UHGV virus genome: UHGV-0179803
Reading direction: 5' to 3' (one strand)
DNA length: 64,000 nt
Source: a virus
A model generated the notes under the pieces. That model had not been told where the DNA came from. It saw only the letters and a program-made list of their open reading frames with translations, and did not search any database. The position numbers and the translations under genes are program-made. Positions 31,539 through 41,984 of this stretch are shown piece after piece (within the stretch, counting starts at the first letter, position 1; each line of letters begins with the position of its first letter).

Positions 31539-32573
31539 TTACACCTTTTTAAAGATGTTTGCAAGCTCTGCCATCGTCATGTTAGTCGTTTTCATGAGGT
31601 CAGTCATCGCCTTTTCCATCACAGGTGTAACTACCATGAAGTTGCCTTTGACAAAACCTTTATCGCGATCAGCCACCAGGATAGATTTAAGGCCGTCACC
31701 CAGACGTTCACCAGTCAGTGCACAACATTTTTTCTGGTACACTTGTTTGAACTGTCCGAATGTCAGATCTACTTTCATGCCTATATCATAGAAGACCTGA
31801 CAGTAGAAAGCGTAAGCCTGAGCAATAGCCACATCTGGTGGTAATGCCTGAGGTAGCGGTTTAGGCTCTTCAGGAGCGTCTGTACGGTCCTCAACAACTT
31901 CGGCTTGTACTTCTTCAACTTCAGCCGTTTCTTCAACCACAGGCTCACTCATGATGTTCCTGACATGTTTTTCAGCACGTTTGTCCATGAACTCACGTAA
32001 TTCCTGTGCAGGTGTCATAGGTTCTTCCTCCTTAGCTTCAATTTGTTGCAAAAGTGCTTCACCACCCAACAGGCCAAGTTCAGCTTTGTCATCTTCAGAG
32101 CCATATTGGCGCATGAAGTTTTCGAAAGAGTATTCTTCTTTCAAGGCCTCCATACTTTCTTCTGACAGGTGTAGCATCATCTGCTGAACAATTTTACGGT
32201 CAGTACGGTCTTTAATAAGGACCGCATTCTTCTTATCAACCAGCGAATCCTTGAGTTCATTACACCGTGTTCCGACCACACAGCAGTTATGCAGAGCATA
32301 CGCCCCGTCATCGTCGATACGCTCTAACGATGGGTAGAACGGGTTGCCTAAACCGTTCTCGTCAGTGTGCATATCAAAAGGAAGAAGAGTGTAGTCACAT
32401 ACACCGTCCCCAAGTAATTTCTTACCGAAGAACAGCCACTCTTCCCACGTCAACGTAAACATGATGCCCCTTTTCTTAGCATTACCTTGTTTACGTTTAT
32501 ACTTTTTATTCAGCTTCTCCAACTCCCACGGTTGATAGCAGCCCTCCAGATATTGAATGTGTGTCTTAGCCAT
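31539..32573 (-). CDS. Hypothetical protein (344 aa) with acidic central linker and duplicated terminal motif
   Basis: Segments ..KKRGIMFTLTWEEW..GKKLLGDGVCDYTLLPF.. and ..KKCCALTGERLGDGLKSILVADRDKGF..GNFMVVTP.. look like an internal repeat. Confidence 0.5.
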   Translation of the reverse strand: MAKTHIQYLEGCYQPWELEKLNKKYKRKQGNAKKRGIMFTLTWEEWLFFGKKLLGDGVCDYTLLPFDMHTDENGLGNPFYPSLERIDDDGAYALHNCCVVGTRCNELKDSLVDKKNAVLIKDRTDRKIVQQMMLHLSEESMEALKEEYSFENFMRQYGSEDDKAELGLLGGEALLQQIEAKEEEPMTPAQELREFMDKRAEKHVRNIMSEPVVEETAEVEEVQAEVVEDRTDAPEEPKPLPQALPPDVAIAQAYAFYCQVFYDIGMKVDLTFGQFKQVYQKKCCALTGERLGDGLKSILVADRDKGFVKGNFMVVTPVMEKAMTDLMKTTNMTMAELANIFKKV

Positions 32574-32710
32574 AGCAAATGTCCTTGCTTGTGTTTATGT
32601 AAGGCGAACATTAGCATGAAAATTAATTCTTGTCAACTGAAAAATGTTGTTGACTTTTGGTTCATCTTGATCTATTCTTCGCCAATAACAGAACGAGAGA
32701 GGAACCTTTC

Positions 32711-33607
32711 ATGTTTGAGCATCATATTACACCATTTGACCCTATGAGTCAAGCCCCAACAGATGTAGGAACAATACTTTCTTCTTTGTATGAGAGTATC
32801 CTGTACCGTCGCAGACTATTTACAGCTTGCCATCCATTCTACAACTTCATAGCAAACGCGATCAATACCACACTCAACAGTGCAGGCTTTGACGATTTCC
32901 ACTGGGTCTTCACTAAAGAAGACAAACCGGACAAGGTTTTTGTAGGCAGCTTCAGCATGGAGATCAATAAGGCTGTGTCATGGCAGCGTGCAGGTTGTGT
33001 CATGTTCCGTTTCCAACAAGGTTTTGCCTCTATAGCGGAGCATCCTTCTTTTATGAACGGCATTGAAGGTGGAGAGAAAGGTTTCTTCAAAATGCTTGCA
33101 AAAGTATTTGACATGCAGCCTTTTATGATATATGTTTATTATAGCCTGAATGGCAGGAGCGTATGCTACTCTTCAGATATCTCTATTGATCTGCTTGACT
33201 TGCCATACGTTTTCTGCTACGATGGAAAAATAACTAGCAGGATGACTGGTAATCAGAATGTAGCAGACTTCGCCCCGTTGCAGATTAAGTCACGGGAATA
33301 CACAGCTTTGGGTGGAGAACCTGTTATGTTGATCAACAAGTATCACACAACAGGGGAATTTCTGATGTTCCAGTACCGGAAGCGGGATAGCCGGATGGAG
33401 TATGCCCGTGTCAGCTCAGACACTCTGGAGTCATTTCAGGGTGAGGATGGTAGCTATACAGCTGAATCTCTTGAAGTTATGGAAGCGATGGGAATAAAAG
33501 ATCAATTATGGGTTGACAACCTGTTGGGTAATGAGTTAGAATTACTACGTCCTATGTTGAAGTGGGACGAAGAAACTAAAGCTAAATACGAAGGAGACTT
33601 CCAATGA
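32711..33607 (+). CDS. Hypothetical protein (298 aa), first gene of the plus-strand replication-region operon
   Basis: ATG 32711 after AGAGAGG. Divergent from the minus-strand operon. Confidence 0.5.
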   Translation: MFEHHITPFDPMSQAPTDVGTILSSLYESILYRRRLFTACHPFYNFIANAINTTLNSAGFDDFHWVFTKEDKPDKVFVGSFSMEINKAVSWQRAGCVMFRFQQGFASIAEHPSFMNGIEGGEKGFFKMLAKVFDMQPFMIYVYYSLNGRSVCYSSDISIDLLDLPYVFCYDGKITSRMTGNQNVADFAPLQIKSREYTALGGEPVMLINKYHTTGEFLMFQYRKRDSRMEYARVSSDTLESFQGEDGSYTAESLEVMEAMGIKDQLWVDNLLGNELELLRPMLKWDEETKAKYEGDFQ

Positions 33608-33882
33608 AAAAACACCAGATTTTTCACGTAGGTGAAGACGCACAGGCAGATGCTGTATGGTTCGCAATGCACCACACAACGGATGACGAACTGGCTATGG
33701 GCCATGCATTCGTTAACCCTGGTGATAAACTGCCGTATCCTGGTGATTATGTTGTGGCAGCAATGGACGGTTACACTTTGTGTTTGCGGGTAACTAAAAT
33801 CTTCCTGGATCCGCGCCACAATCATCGTCTGGTTCTGGCATTTGAAGAAGCTCCTGCATATGCTCTGGGGGATGGAGAATGA
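33604..33882 (+). CDS. Hypothetical protein (92 aa)
   Basis: Overlapping stop/start (ATGA). Confidence 0.45.
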   Translation: MKKHQIFHVGEDAQADAVWFAMHHTTDDELAMGHAFVNPGDKLPYPGDYVVAAMDGYTLCLRVTKIFLDPRHNHRLVLAFEEAPAYALGDGE

Positions 33883-34157
33883 AAGTAGTTGTATTACGCA
33901 ATCTTGAACCTGTGATGCTGGATCAAATTACACTTCTGAATAAAGGTGAGTGTTTAGCTGTCTGTATCCCTGAACAAGACATAGCCTACCTGATGGGATG
34001 CTTACCGGAGAATGTGGATAAAAAAATAGCTCATTTAAAGGAAAAAGGTATAGAAGATTTATTGAAGCACGGGTATGGTGATTCTATCTTTGCAGCCGAA
34101 GAGTTCATCAATCCGTCTGAATGTGTAGCAGAATTTGAAGTGGAGATCGAAGAATGA
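33879..34157 (+). CDS. Hypothetical protein (92 aa)
   Basis: Overlapping stop/start. Confidence 0.45.
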   Translation: MKVVVLRNLEPVMLDQITLLNKGECLAVCIPEQDIAYLMGCLPENVDKKIAHLKEKGIEDLLKHGYGDSIFAAEEFINPSECVAEFEVEIEE

Positions 34158-34420
34158 AAAAAGTTGTAAACGTTTATCTGAATGCAGAAGAAGTTAAAGT
34201 TGATGGTAGCCTTTTTGAAGTTGGCGATCTGATGATTATCCACTTCGTAAAAGAGGATAAAGGATACATCTCATTGAACCTGCTGGAGTATGTTCCTGAA
34301 GAGATGATGCCTACAGTGTGTCAGGCTTTGTATGCAGGTGGTGATTCTAAACCTCTGGCAGAGCTGAATATTGGCCCTAAAAATCTGGTCATCTCTACAA
34401 CAGTAGACGTGGGAGAATGA
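34154..34420 (+). CDS. Hypothetical protein (88 aa)
   Basis: Overlapping stop/start. Confidence 0.45.
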   Translation: MKKVVNVYLNAEEVKVDGSLFEVGDLMIIHFVKEDKGYISLNLLEYVPEEMMPTVCQALYAGGDSKPLAELNIGPKNLVISTTVDVGE

Positions 34421-34791
34421 CTATGGCACAGTGGAACAAGACGCTGGATTTATCTGACTGGTGGGCAGGACTACCACTTGGGGATGGTACAATCCAGGTA
34501 TGGACTGGCAATAATGTCCACAAGTTCGCCAAACGGATAGCCCGAAAAATAGCTGAACTCTACCCACGGCAATTAAACAAAGATTGCCCAGAGTATGATT
34601 GGGTTCTTGATGATGTGGTTGATCACTTCCTGGCAATTCTCCCACCAGAGGAGTTCAACAAACAGGTTCACGCCTACATCAACGAAGAAACTGATTTTCT
34701 GGTCACACCTATAGAAGATTTCAATTATGCTATGTCTGAGCTTTACGACTGGGCAGACAGGCACAATCTATGGGTGAAAACAACTTTCTAA
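34417..34791 (+). CDS. Hypothetical protein (124 aa)
   Basis: Overlapping stop/start. Confidence 0.45.
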   Translation: MTMAQWNKTLDLSDWWAGLPLGDGTIQVWTGNNVHKFAKRIARKIAELYPRQLNKDCPEYDWVLDDVVDHFLAILPPEEFNKQVHAYINEETDFLVTPIEDFNYAMSELYDWADRHNLWVKTTF

Positions 34792-34806
34792 CACGGAGGT
34801 TGATCT

Positions 34807-35058
34807 ATGTCAAACAAATACAGAGAATTAGACTTTGACAGGGACTACGAAAAGTATTATCATAGCGGCATGAGGGGTGGATCACGCAGGTGCACCCCTG
34901 CATACTTCTACGCTAATCGGGCAATTGACCCACAAGAAGTTGTAGCTTGCAGAATGGCTTATAATTTCGACATAGCGTATGGCATCCCTGTCTTCGATGT
35001 AATGACAGAACTTGAAAACTTTGAACATACTTACGAAGTAAGAGAGGAGCTTTACTAA
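34807..35058 (+). CDS. Hypothetical protein (83 aa)
   Basis: RBS GGAGG. Confidence 0.45.
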   Translation: MSNKYRELDFDRDYEKYYHSGMRGGSRRCTPAYFYANRAIDPQEVVACRMAYNFDIAYGIPVFDVMTELENFEHTYEVREELY

Positions 35059-36251
35059 TGTCAAGAAATATTTTCGAGAGTGGGCAGATTACGGTTCGTG
35101 AATTGCCCACTATGATCAAGTTTGCCAAGCGTCACGGCAAATCTTTATTTATACTGGGTTCTCCGGGCGTTGGTAAGAGCCAGGTCATCAAGCAAACTGC
35201 CGATAAACTGTTTGGAGAACGGGAAGATAACCTGATTGATATCCGTCTGTCGGATAAAGACCCAACAGACCTGTCTGGCCTGCCTGTTCCGGTGACAGAG
35301 GAAGATGGCACTACTCGCACTGTGTTTGCCACACCTAGCTTCTGGCCTACTGACCCAGACTGGGAAGGTATTATCCTGCTGGATGAAATGAACCATGCAG
35401 ATAATTTTCTCCAGAAAGTAGCCATGCAGATCATGTTGGACCACAAATGTGGTTGCTACAAATTCCCGAAAGGTGCGGTGTTTGTAGGTGCAGGTAACCG
35501 TTCTGGTGATGGTGCAGTGCTGTCTGTGTTGGAAGCACCTCTGGCAAACCGTTTAACGATTGTAGAAGTTATCCCAGATGCCAACGTCTTCCTGGAAGAC
35601 TATGCATTCTCACGAGGTGTACATTCTTCTGTGATCGGTTATCTGAAACGCCAGCCGTCATCGATTGAGAACTATGAAGCAATGGCAGACTGCAACTGTC
35701 CTGCATTCGCCACACCTCGTTCATGGGTGACTGCTTCGGATATTATGTGGGACCTTGATCGCCATCTGGTTTCAGAAGCTGAAGCCCGTGTCTTGTTACA
35801 AGGGACGATTGGTCACACGATGATGTTGGAGATTATGACTTACCACATGAAGAAACGCAATCTGCCGGAGATTGGGGATATCTTTGCTGGGGCTGTCAAA
35901 GAGTTCAAAGGTCAGAAATCTCCAGACCTCATCTGGATTCTGGGTTCAGAAGGTTGTATTGGTTTACGCAACATGATGGCTAACATTGAAGTTGATGATG
36001 ACGAAGTGGTTAGCAGTGCTGCAAACTTCCTGGACTACTTATGGAGTAACTTCCAGAACGACAACAGAGACTTCGTATTCTCTGTGTTCAAAGCAATGAT
36101 TAGCCCGAATGCACTTGGCAATGCTATTCTGGTGAACAAAGAGCATGGTCGTGAGAAAATCATGGCTAAACTGATTAAAGCGTACCCTAACCTGATGGCT
36201 ATCGTCAAACAGTTTGGGGAAGAGTTCCGTGACTTGTTAGCTAAGGCTTAA
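35058..36251 (+). CDS. AAA+ ATPase of the MoxR/CbbQ type (AAA_5-like)
   Basis: Walker A LGSPGVGKSQ, Walker B GIILLDEMNHA, and a single AAA core followed by a helical C-terminal region, as in MoxR-family chaperone ATPases. Confidence 0.75.
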   Translation: MSRNIFESGQITVRELPTMIKFAKRHGKSLFILGSPGVGKSQVIKQTADKLFGEREDNLIDIRLSDKDPTDLSGLPVPVTEEDGTTRTVFATPSFWPTDPDWEGIILLDEMNHADNFLQKVAMQIMLDHKCGCYKFPKGAVFVGAGNRSGDGAVLSVLEAPLANRLTIVEVIPDANVFLEDYAFSRGVHSSVIGYLKRQPSSIENYEAMADCNCPAFATPRSWVTASDIMWDLDRHLVSEAEARVLLQGTIGHTMMLEIMTYHMKKRNLPEIGDIFAGAVKEFKGQKSPDLIWILGSEGCIGLRNMMANIEVDDDEVVSSAANFLDYLWSNFQNDNRDFVFSVFKAMISPNALGNAILVNKEHGREKIMAKLIKAYPNLMAIVKQFGEEFRDLLAKA

Positions 36252-36261
36252 GGAGTGCACA

Positions 36262-36630
36262 ATGGCTGCATTAGGTAAGAAACGCCGTGGTAATTTCCTG
36301 GTGGTCTTGACAGACCATCCAGAGGAAGAGTATCATTGCAGATCAACACGGGTTATCCCAGTCCAGGATCGTGAAGGTGATGAAATCTGGGATGAATTAA
36401 TGTTGACTTGTTCTGACAGTGAATATTTCTTCATCTACGTTAAAGACAAAGCAGGTTTCTTTGAAAATGATGATCTGCTGCGTTATGATATTGCAGATAT
36501 GGTAAGAGCTTGCCACAAAGACAGTGCTGAACTCTTCGGTCTGCAACTTAAGGATAAAACTTTCTTCTATCAGGACGAATGCGTGGAGATTTACAGGGAA
36601 GTGGAAGATGAATTACTCCACGATAACTGA
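36262..36630 (+). CDS. Hypothetical protein (122 aa)
   Basis: RBS AGGAG. Confidence 0.45.
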   Translation: MAALGKKRRGNFLVVLTDHPEEEYHCRSTRVIPVQDREGDEIWDELMLTCSDSEYFFIYVKDKAGFFENDDLLRYDIADMVRACHKDSAELFGLQLKDKTFFYQDECVEIYREVEDELLHDN

Positions 36631-36689
36631 TACTAATCCACAACACTTTGCCCCTCTTACTGAGGGGCTAACTGCTATGGAGCTGACCA

Positions 36690-38705
36690 ATGATTATTAA
36701 AAGTGACCATAAAGAAGCAACCATTCTCGGTAAGAGTGAAGTTACCACAGGGACAATTGCGCTGAATGCTGAGACGTTTGGCCTGATTATCAAAGGTATT
36801 TACAAAGATCCTTTACTTGCTTCCTGCCGTGAGCCTATCTTTAATGCTGTGGATGCTCATGTTGAAGCGGGTCGTAAAGATGTGCCTATCAAGATCCATA
36901 CACCAACCGACCTTGAGCCTTACTTCTCTGTACAGGACGAAGGCCTCGGCATGTCTGAAGAGACTGTACGCACAATCTTTATGACATTGGGCGACTCCAC
37001 TAAGCGTCAGAGCAACGAATTGGTGGGTGCCAAAGGTATTGGTTCGAAAGCACCTCTGAGCAAGGTGGAAGCCTTTAACGTTATAAGCGTCTATAACGGC
37101 ACAAGAAGCGAATATCTTGTCTTTATGGACAAAGGTATACCGAAAGTCACTAAAACGCGTAGCGAGCCTTCTACGCAGCATAACGGCATCACAATCAGGT
37201 TCCCTGTGAACAAAAAAGATGTGTCTGCGTATCGCCATGCAATAGCTTCATGCCTGAACTATGCTAAGTTTCCGTTTGAGGTGTCGGATCCGATCACCAC
37301 ACGGATGCTGGAGCAATTTAAAAGCAACATTGACTACACATACAAAAAAGATGGGTGGACTCTGTACATCTACCACGGCAATACTTGCTCTCTGGAAAGT
37401 CGTGTTGTGATGGGGCACCAGCCTTATCGTTCAGAGTATCTTGAATCTATGATAGATTATCCGCGTCTGGTGGTAGAGATTCCGATTGGTGATTGCGATA
37501 TCAACCCTGGCCGTGAATGGACGATTGAAGGTGATGATGATGGTGGGTTCCTTGAACAACTGAAAGCCTTTGTGGACGAAGGTATCAGTAAACGTGGTGA
37601 AGAGATTGAAGTGCTGCTGAATAAAGCCACTTCTGCTATTGAAGCTCGCCGTATCATTAAAGAGTCTGGTGGCTTCTTCTCGCGTCTGGTAGGCTGGAAG
37701 TTTATGACTGCTAAATGGAAAGCCATAATGCAGGGGCATACTGTCCCAGTTATCAGTGAGTTGCCTGTGTTTGTAGGTGGTACTCGGATTGGCGCTAACT
37801 CTCTGAAACGAGATATGTACGGACCTTCTGAGTTTTCAGCAGGTCGTAAGCTGGTACTGAATGACGCAAATGGTAAATTCAACCGGATTAAATGTAACTA
37901 TCTGGCTAATGAGACTAGTCGCAACGTCTACTATGTAGAAGACCCATACCTGTCAGAAGAGTTGGCTAAGTATGTGGACGATCCATTCTACAGTGACGTG
38001 CTGTTCCTGTTGTCTGAGCTGCCTAAGCCACCAAAAGACCAACGTCAGGCGAGCAGTACGTATCAGCCGGGTTATTTTGTCAAAAAGCTGGATGAACACG
38101 GTTGGTTCTGCCGCGAACGCATAAGCAAGCAGGATTTTAAAGATATCAAGTATTGCATCCCGTATGATGGGGATATCCAAAGAGGCCGTAGTTGGTTGGG
38201 TGAGAACAATAACATCTACCAACAGGATCCGGTAGTCTTCCGTGAGGCCTTTGGTATCCCACAGGATGAAGATGTTTACATGGTTGCTGAAAGTCGCTTG
38301 ACATGGGTGGCAGAAGATTGTAAGATTATCACAGAGGTTGATGCAAAACCTGTTCTGGAACAGGACGCCTGGAACTGGCTCTTGATGAGAGCTGCAAACA
38401 CGACAGGTTACACAAAATACAAAATGCAACTGGGTAAACTGGGTGTGAAAATGTGCATTGACCCAGAAGTAAAAGAAAACGAGTATAAGGTTCGTATGTG
38501 GATGGGATGCTACTCGTGGAAGTACAGAGATCTGGCTGACAGAGCAGATCATCTTGTGAACCTTCATGTGAAGTGTGCTCGCCGCTACATGGATGGTGTA
38601 TACCAACGCTACCCGTTGCTGAAACGCATCCATGGGGATCACTGGGATAAACCGGAAGTTATTGAATATATTGAATTAATGAAAGCTAAGAAGGAGACTG
38701 AATAA
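36690..38705 (+). CDS. GHKL-type ATPase domain protein, rIIA-like
   Basis: Bergerat-fold motifs: N-box EPIFNAVDAH, G1 box QDEGLGMS, G2 box GAKGIGSKA, in the N-terminal third of a 671-aa protein. This is the layout of phage rIIA proteins. Confidence 0.5.
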   Translation: MIIKSDHKEATILGKSEVTTGTIALNAETFGLIIKGIYKDPLLASCREPIFNAVDAHVEAGRKDVPIKIHTPTDLEPYFSVQDEGLGMSEETVRTIFMTLGDSTKRQSNELVGAKGIGSKAPLSKVEAFNVISVYNGTRSEYLVFMDKGIPKVTKTRSEPSTQHNGITIRFPVNKKDVSAYRHAIASCLNYAKFPFEVSDPITTRMLEQFKSNIDYTYKKDGWTLYIYHGNTCSLESRVVMGHQPYRSEYLESMIDYPRLVVEIPIGDCDINPGREWTIEGDDDGGFLEQLKAFVDEGISKRGEEIEVLLNKATSAIEARRIIKESGGFFSRLVGWKFMTAKWKAIMQGHTVPVISELPVFVGGTRIGANSLKRDMYGPSEFSAGRKLVLNDANGKFNRIKCNYLANETSRNVYYVEDPYLSEELAKYVDDPFYSDVLFLLSELPKPPKDQRQASSTYQPGYFVKKLDEHGWFCRERISKQDFKDIKYCIPYDGDIQRGRSWLGENNNIYQQDPVVFREAFGIPQDEDVYMVAESRLTWVAEDCKIITEVDAKPVLEQDAWNWLLMRAANTTGYTKYKMQLGKLGVKMCIDPEVKENEYKVRMWMGCYSWKYRDLADRADHLVNLHVKCARRYMDGVYQRYPLLKRIHGDHWDKPEVIEYIELMKAKKETE

Positions 38706-39922
38706 TGTCAAACTGCTCAACCGTATCTGTATACGTGCGTACTTACAAAACTCGTAACGATGCTCGTGTAGCAAAAGCAAAATACGAAAGTCGCGGCTTT
38801 CCAGTAGGTAAACCATACCTTCTTGATGGTGAATGGTGGATAGACGTACATTCCCCAGTAAGTTGCGACATTGATAATGAATTTATGGAAGTGGAATACC
38901 ACTATGCAGAGTTCCCTTCTCGTGGGGAGGCTCGTAAGTTCAAAGAGAACTGCATGGAAGGTTCCACAATTATCGACCGTGGCCCTTATGCGACTGTACC
39001 GCGTTGGGTGGTCAAATACCCTGGCGATGTAGTAGGGGTATTACACTGGGAAAATGTAAGTCCTAAAACCCTTGTTTACACCCCAGCAGAAAACGCAGTG
39101 ACTTACGATGTTGGCACTTTGGTGCCAAATAATGACCCTGTGGTGGTTATCTTCGGTAGCATGATCCAGATTATCACTCGTGAAGATACCTACACTGTAG
39201 AGTCTGAGGACAACGAAGCACTCTACAAAGAGGTATTTGCAAGAGTTAGTGCTAACGACTTCGATAGTGCTATTCAACTCATTAAGGACGCTGAAAAAGA
39301 GAGTAGTGAAGGTTATGAAGTGCTGGATGAAGAGAATCATCTTATAATGCTTGATGGTGAACTCTTCTACTACGGTGTACATCTGACTTCTACTATCGCC
39401 AAACGTATTGAAAAGGATGCAGCAGAAGGTACTTTGGATGACCGCTATATTAAGTTCTTGGTCCGTCTGCTTCGTAACCCGTCTGCTAAGTCTGTAGAAA
39501 TGCTCTACGACTTTATGCAGGCAAATGATATTGACATTCTACCAGATGGTCGTATAGAATGTTTCCGTGGTGTCACCCAGCTACCTGACGGAAGTTGCGT
39601 AGACTACCATTCTGGTAAAGTCCCACAATACGAAGGTTGCTTTATCTCAATGCCTCGTAACTTTGTAGAGGATAACCCAGAGGTGGCTTGCTCTCACGGT
39701 CTGCACTGTGCAAGCGCTGAGTATGCCAAAGGTTATGGCGTGTTAACTAAAGTAGCTGTTGACCCAGCAGATGTGGTTAGCGTACCATATGACTACGATT
39801 TTGCTAAATGCCGTTGCTGCCGATTCGAAATACTCACGGCCCCTGCTAAACGTACAGAGGGTATCCCAGATGAGTATGTAGTTGACCGAGATGGCAACGT
39901 AATAGAAGAGATCTTCTTCTAA
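38705..39922 (+). CDS. Hypothetical protein (405 aa); rIIB-like by position only
   Basis: Translationally coupled (TAATG) to the rIIA-like gene. No motif evidence. Confidence 0.45.
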   Translation: MSNCSTVSVYVRTYKTRNDARVAKAKYESRGFPVGKPYLLDGEWWIDVHSPVSCDIDNEFMEVEYHYAEFPSRGEARKFKENCMEGSTIIDRGPYATVPRWVVKYPGDVVGVLHWENVSPKTLVYTPAENAVTYDVGTLVPNNDPVVVIFGSMIQIITREDTYTVESEDNEALYKEVFARVSANDFDSAIQLIKDAEKESSEGYEVLDEENHLIMLDGELFYYGVHLTSTIAKRIEKDAAEGTLDDRYIKFLVRLLRNPSAKSVEMLYDFMQANDIDILPDGRIECFRGVTQLPDGSCVDYHSGKVPQYEGCFISMPRNFVEDNPEVACSHGLHCASAEYAKGYGVLTKVAVDPADVVSVPYDYDFAKCRCCRFEILTAPAKRTEGIPDEYVVDRDGNVIEEIFF

Positions 39923-39931
39923 GGAGGAAGA

Positions 39932-41320
39932 GTGGGAGAACATACTTATGAGATTGGCACGGATGCCGCTCTCGCCGCTGTGTTATGTGGTGAAAACGTC
40001 TATATCAGCGGACCTGGCGGGACCGGGAAGACTCATCTTTTACAAGATATACAGTCTTTACTTGGCGAATCCTGTATGGTTGTTGCCCCAACAGGGGTAG
40101 CCGCGCTTAACGCGGGAGGTGTTACCGCACACAGAGCTTTTGACCTGTCAGCAGGTGTGACTGTCCCAGAAGACTTCACAGAGATTCGTTCTAAAACAGC
40201 AAAACCTCTCAAAAGTAAAGCGCTACGGACTTTAGTCATTGATGAAGTGTCTATGGTCCGTGCGGATAAGTTTGTGGAGATGGATAAGAAACTCCAGCAC
40301 CTCCGTAAAACCAGTGAACCTTTCGGAGGTTTACAGGTGATCATGTTTGGGGATTTCTACCAGGCACAACCTGTTATCTCTACGCAAGAAAGGGAGGACT
40401 ACTACAAATATTGGGATACTGACCTTTGTTTCTATACCCAATCGTGGAAAGATCTTAATCTGAAATGTGTTGCCCTTGTGGAGCAATTCAGGCAAGAGTC
40501 AATCCGGTTTGCCACAATGCTGAACTGCGTTCGTGAAGGTAGGAGAACAGGCGATGTGGTTAAAGAATTAAACTCTCGTTGTTACCACGGGGGGCAGGCC
40601 TCTGATGCTATCATCCTTTGCTCAACCAACAAAAGAGTGGAGGAGATAAACAGAGAGTTCTATGACCGTATTGATGGTGAGGAGAGGATGTATAAAGGGA
40701 CGCTGAAAGGTAAATTCCCTCCCAATCAGCTACCTGTGGAAGATTTGATGTGCCTTAAAGTGGGAATGAAAGTCATGATTGTTGCCAACGACCTTAATCC
40801 TAATCACAAAGTTCCTTGTTATGTTAACGGTTCTCGTGGCACAATATTAAAATTCTATGATGATAAGGTTGACATTGAACTAGATAATGGTACACTTGTG
40901 ACTGTACCTAAAAAGCTATGGGAAAGCTACGAATACAAACCGTCCCTGAAAATGGATTGGAAGGCTCGTAAACAGAAAAGAGTGATTGAGAGAATAACCA
41001 CAGGGTCATTTGAACAGTTGCCTTTGAAGTCTGGATACGCGTACACAATTCACAAAAGCCAGGGTCTTACGTTAGATGCCTATAACTTGGATCTTGGTAA
41101 GAGAGGCGCATTCGCAGCGGGAATGACTTATGTTGCTCTTAGTCGTGCTAAGAAAATTCAGAGCATTACCCTCTTGCGTCCTGTCAGAGAAAGTGATATT
41201 ATTGTAGACCCAAGAGTGGTACAGTTTTACGCTGATACGTTCCCGGGGTTGGATGAAAAAGTAAGAAAAGATCTTGAAGTCAAAGTTAAAAAGGAGGCCG
41301 AGAATGAGTCTACTGGCTAA
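39932..41320 (+). CDS. SF1B DNA helicase (Dda/RecD/Pif1-like)
   Basis: GTG start after AAGGAGG. Walker A ISGPGGTGKTH, Walker B LVIDEVSMV, C-terminal ..YAYTIHKSQGLTLD.. and ..VALSRAKK.. motifs. Confidence 0.8.
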   Translation: MGEHTYEIGTDAALAAVLCGENVYISGPGGTGKTHLLQDIQSLLGESCMVVAPTGVAALNAGGVTAHRAFDLSAGVTVPEDFTEIRSKTAKPLKSKALRTLVIDEVSMVRADKFVEMDKKLQHLRKTSEPFGGLQVIMFGDFYQAQPVISTQEREDYYKYWDTDLCFYTQSWKDLNLKCVALVEQFRQESIRFATMLNCVREGRRTGDVVKELNSRCYHGGQASDAIILCSTNKRVEEINREFYDRIDGEERMYKGTLKGKFPPNQLPVEDLMCLKVGMKVMIVANDLNPNHKVPCYVNGSRGTILKFYDDKVDIELDNGTLVTVPKKLWESYEYKPSLKMDWKARKQKRVIERITTGSFEQLPLKSGYAYTIHKSQGLTLDAYNLDLGKRGAFAAGMTYVALSRAKKIQSITLLRPVRESDIIVDPRVVQFYADTFPGLDEKVRKDLEVKVKKEAENESTG

Positions 41321-41627
41321 TGTGGTTAATTATGTCGCCGATATTGATACATCTGAACCACAAGATGTAACAGTGCACGACTTTACACAACGTCATAAAA
41401 ATCATGATCTTTTGTTGGTGGCAGACAGTGAGGATTATGATGTTTACCATGCTTTTGTGTTCTCTGATACTGTTTTTGAAGTAGGTCAATTCCTGACTGT
41501 TAACTTCGGAGAAGATACAGGTGTGGAAGATATTGTAACTTTCATTATCGAAGGTCTGGATTGTGTTGACGAAGACGGTACTGCGTTTGAATTGATTCTT
41601 CGTGTTGTAGAAGAGCTTGACATATAA
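41304..41627 (+). CDS. Small acidic protein
   Basis: ATG after AAAGGAGG. Highly Asp/Glu-rich. Confidence 0.45.
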   Translation: MSLLANVVNYVADIDTSEPQDVTVHDFTQRHKNHDLLLVADSEDYDVYHAFVFSDTVFEVGQFLTVNFGEDTGVEDIVTFIIEGLDCVDEDGTAFELILRVVEELDI

Positions 41628-41693
41628 TCCCAACTTTGGTAACATCAGAAGCATGAAGGGGAGTAGGTGCTCCCCACTACTAAGGAGACAGTC

Positions 41694-41984
41694 ATGGCTA
41701 ACAAATTACACAGTTTCTATCTAGATTTCACACACGAAGAGTATGTATGTGAATGCCTATGCCGAGTCCAATTGCCAGATTACAATGAACGGGCATCGGA
41801 CATTGATTACTACGGCTTCCGCGAAATCGCAGAGATTGAAGTCTACAAAGATGGTAACAAATTACCGTTCTTACCTAAAGGTTTACGTAATAAAATCAAC
41901 TTTGCAGCACACAAAGCTCTGGAAGAACACTTGCACTCTGCTGATGTGCTCTCTTCGTTTGCTGAAGAAACAGGTGGCTTTTGA
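41694..41984 (+). CDS. Hypothetical protein
   Basis: ATG after AAGGAG (MANKLHSFYLDF..). Confidence 0.45.
   Translation: MANKLHSFYLDFTHEEYVCECLCRVQLPDYNERASDIDYYGFREIAEIEVYKDGNKLPFLPKGLRNKINFAAHKALEEHLHSADVLSSFAEETGGF

Noticed and set aside
35058-36251. Terminase large subunit or packaging ATPase for the Walker A/B protein
   Set aside because: There is a single AAA core with MoxR-like motifs and no nuclease domain, and it sits in the replication region rather than the structural module.
38705-39922. Confident rIIB assignment for the 405-aa protein
   Set aside because: Only positional evidence (downstream of the rIIA-like GHKL ATPase). No motif recognised, so it is reported as hypothetical.
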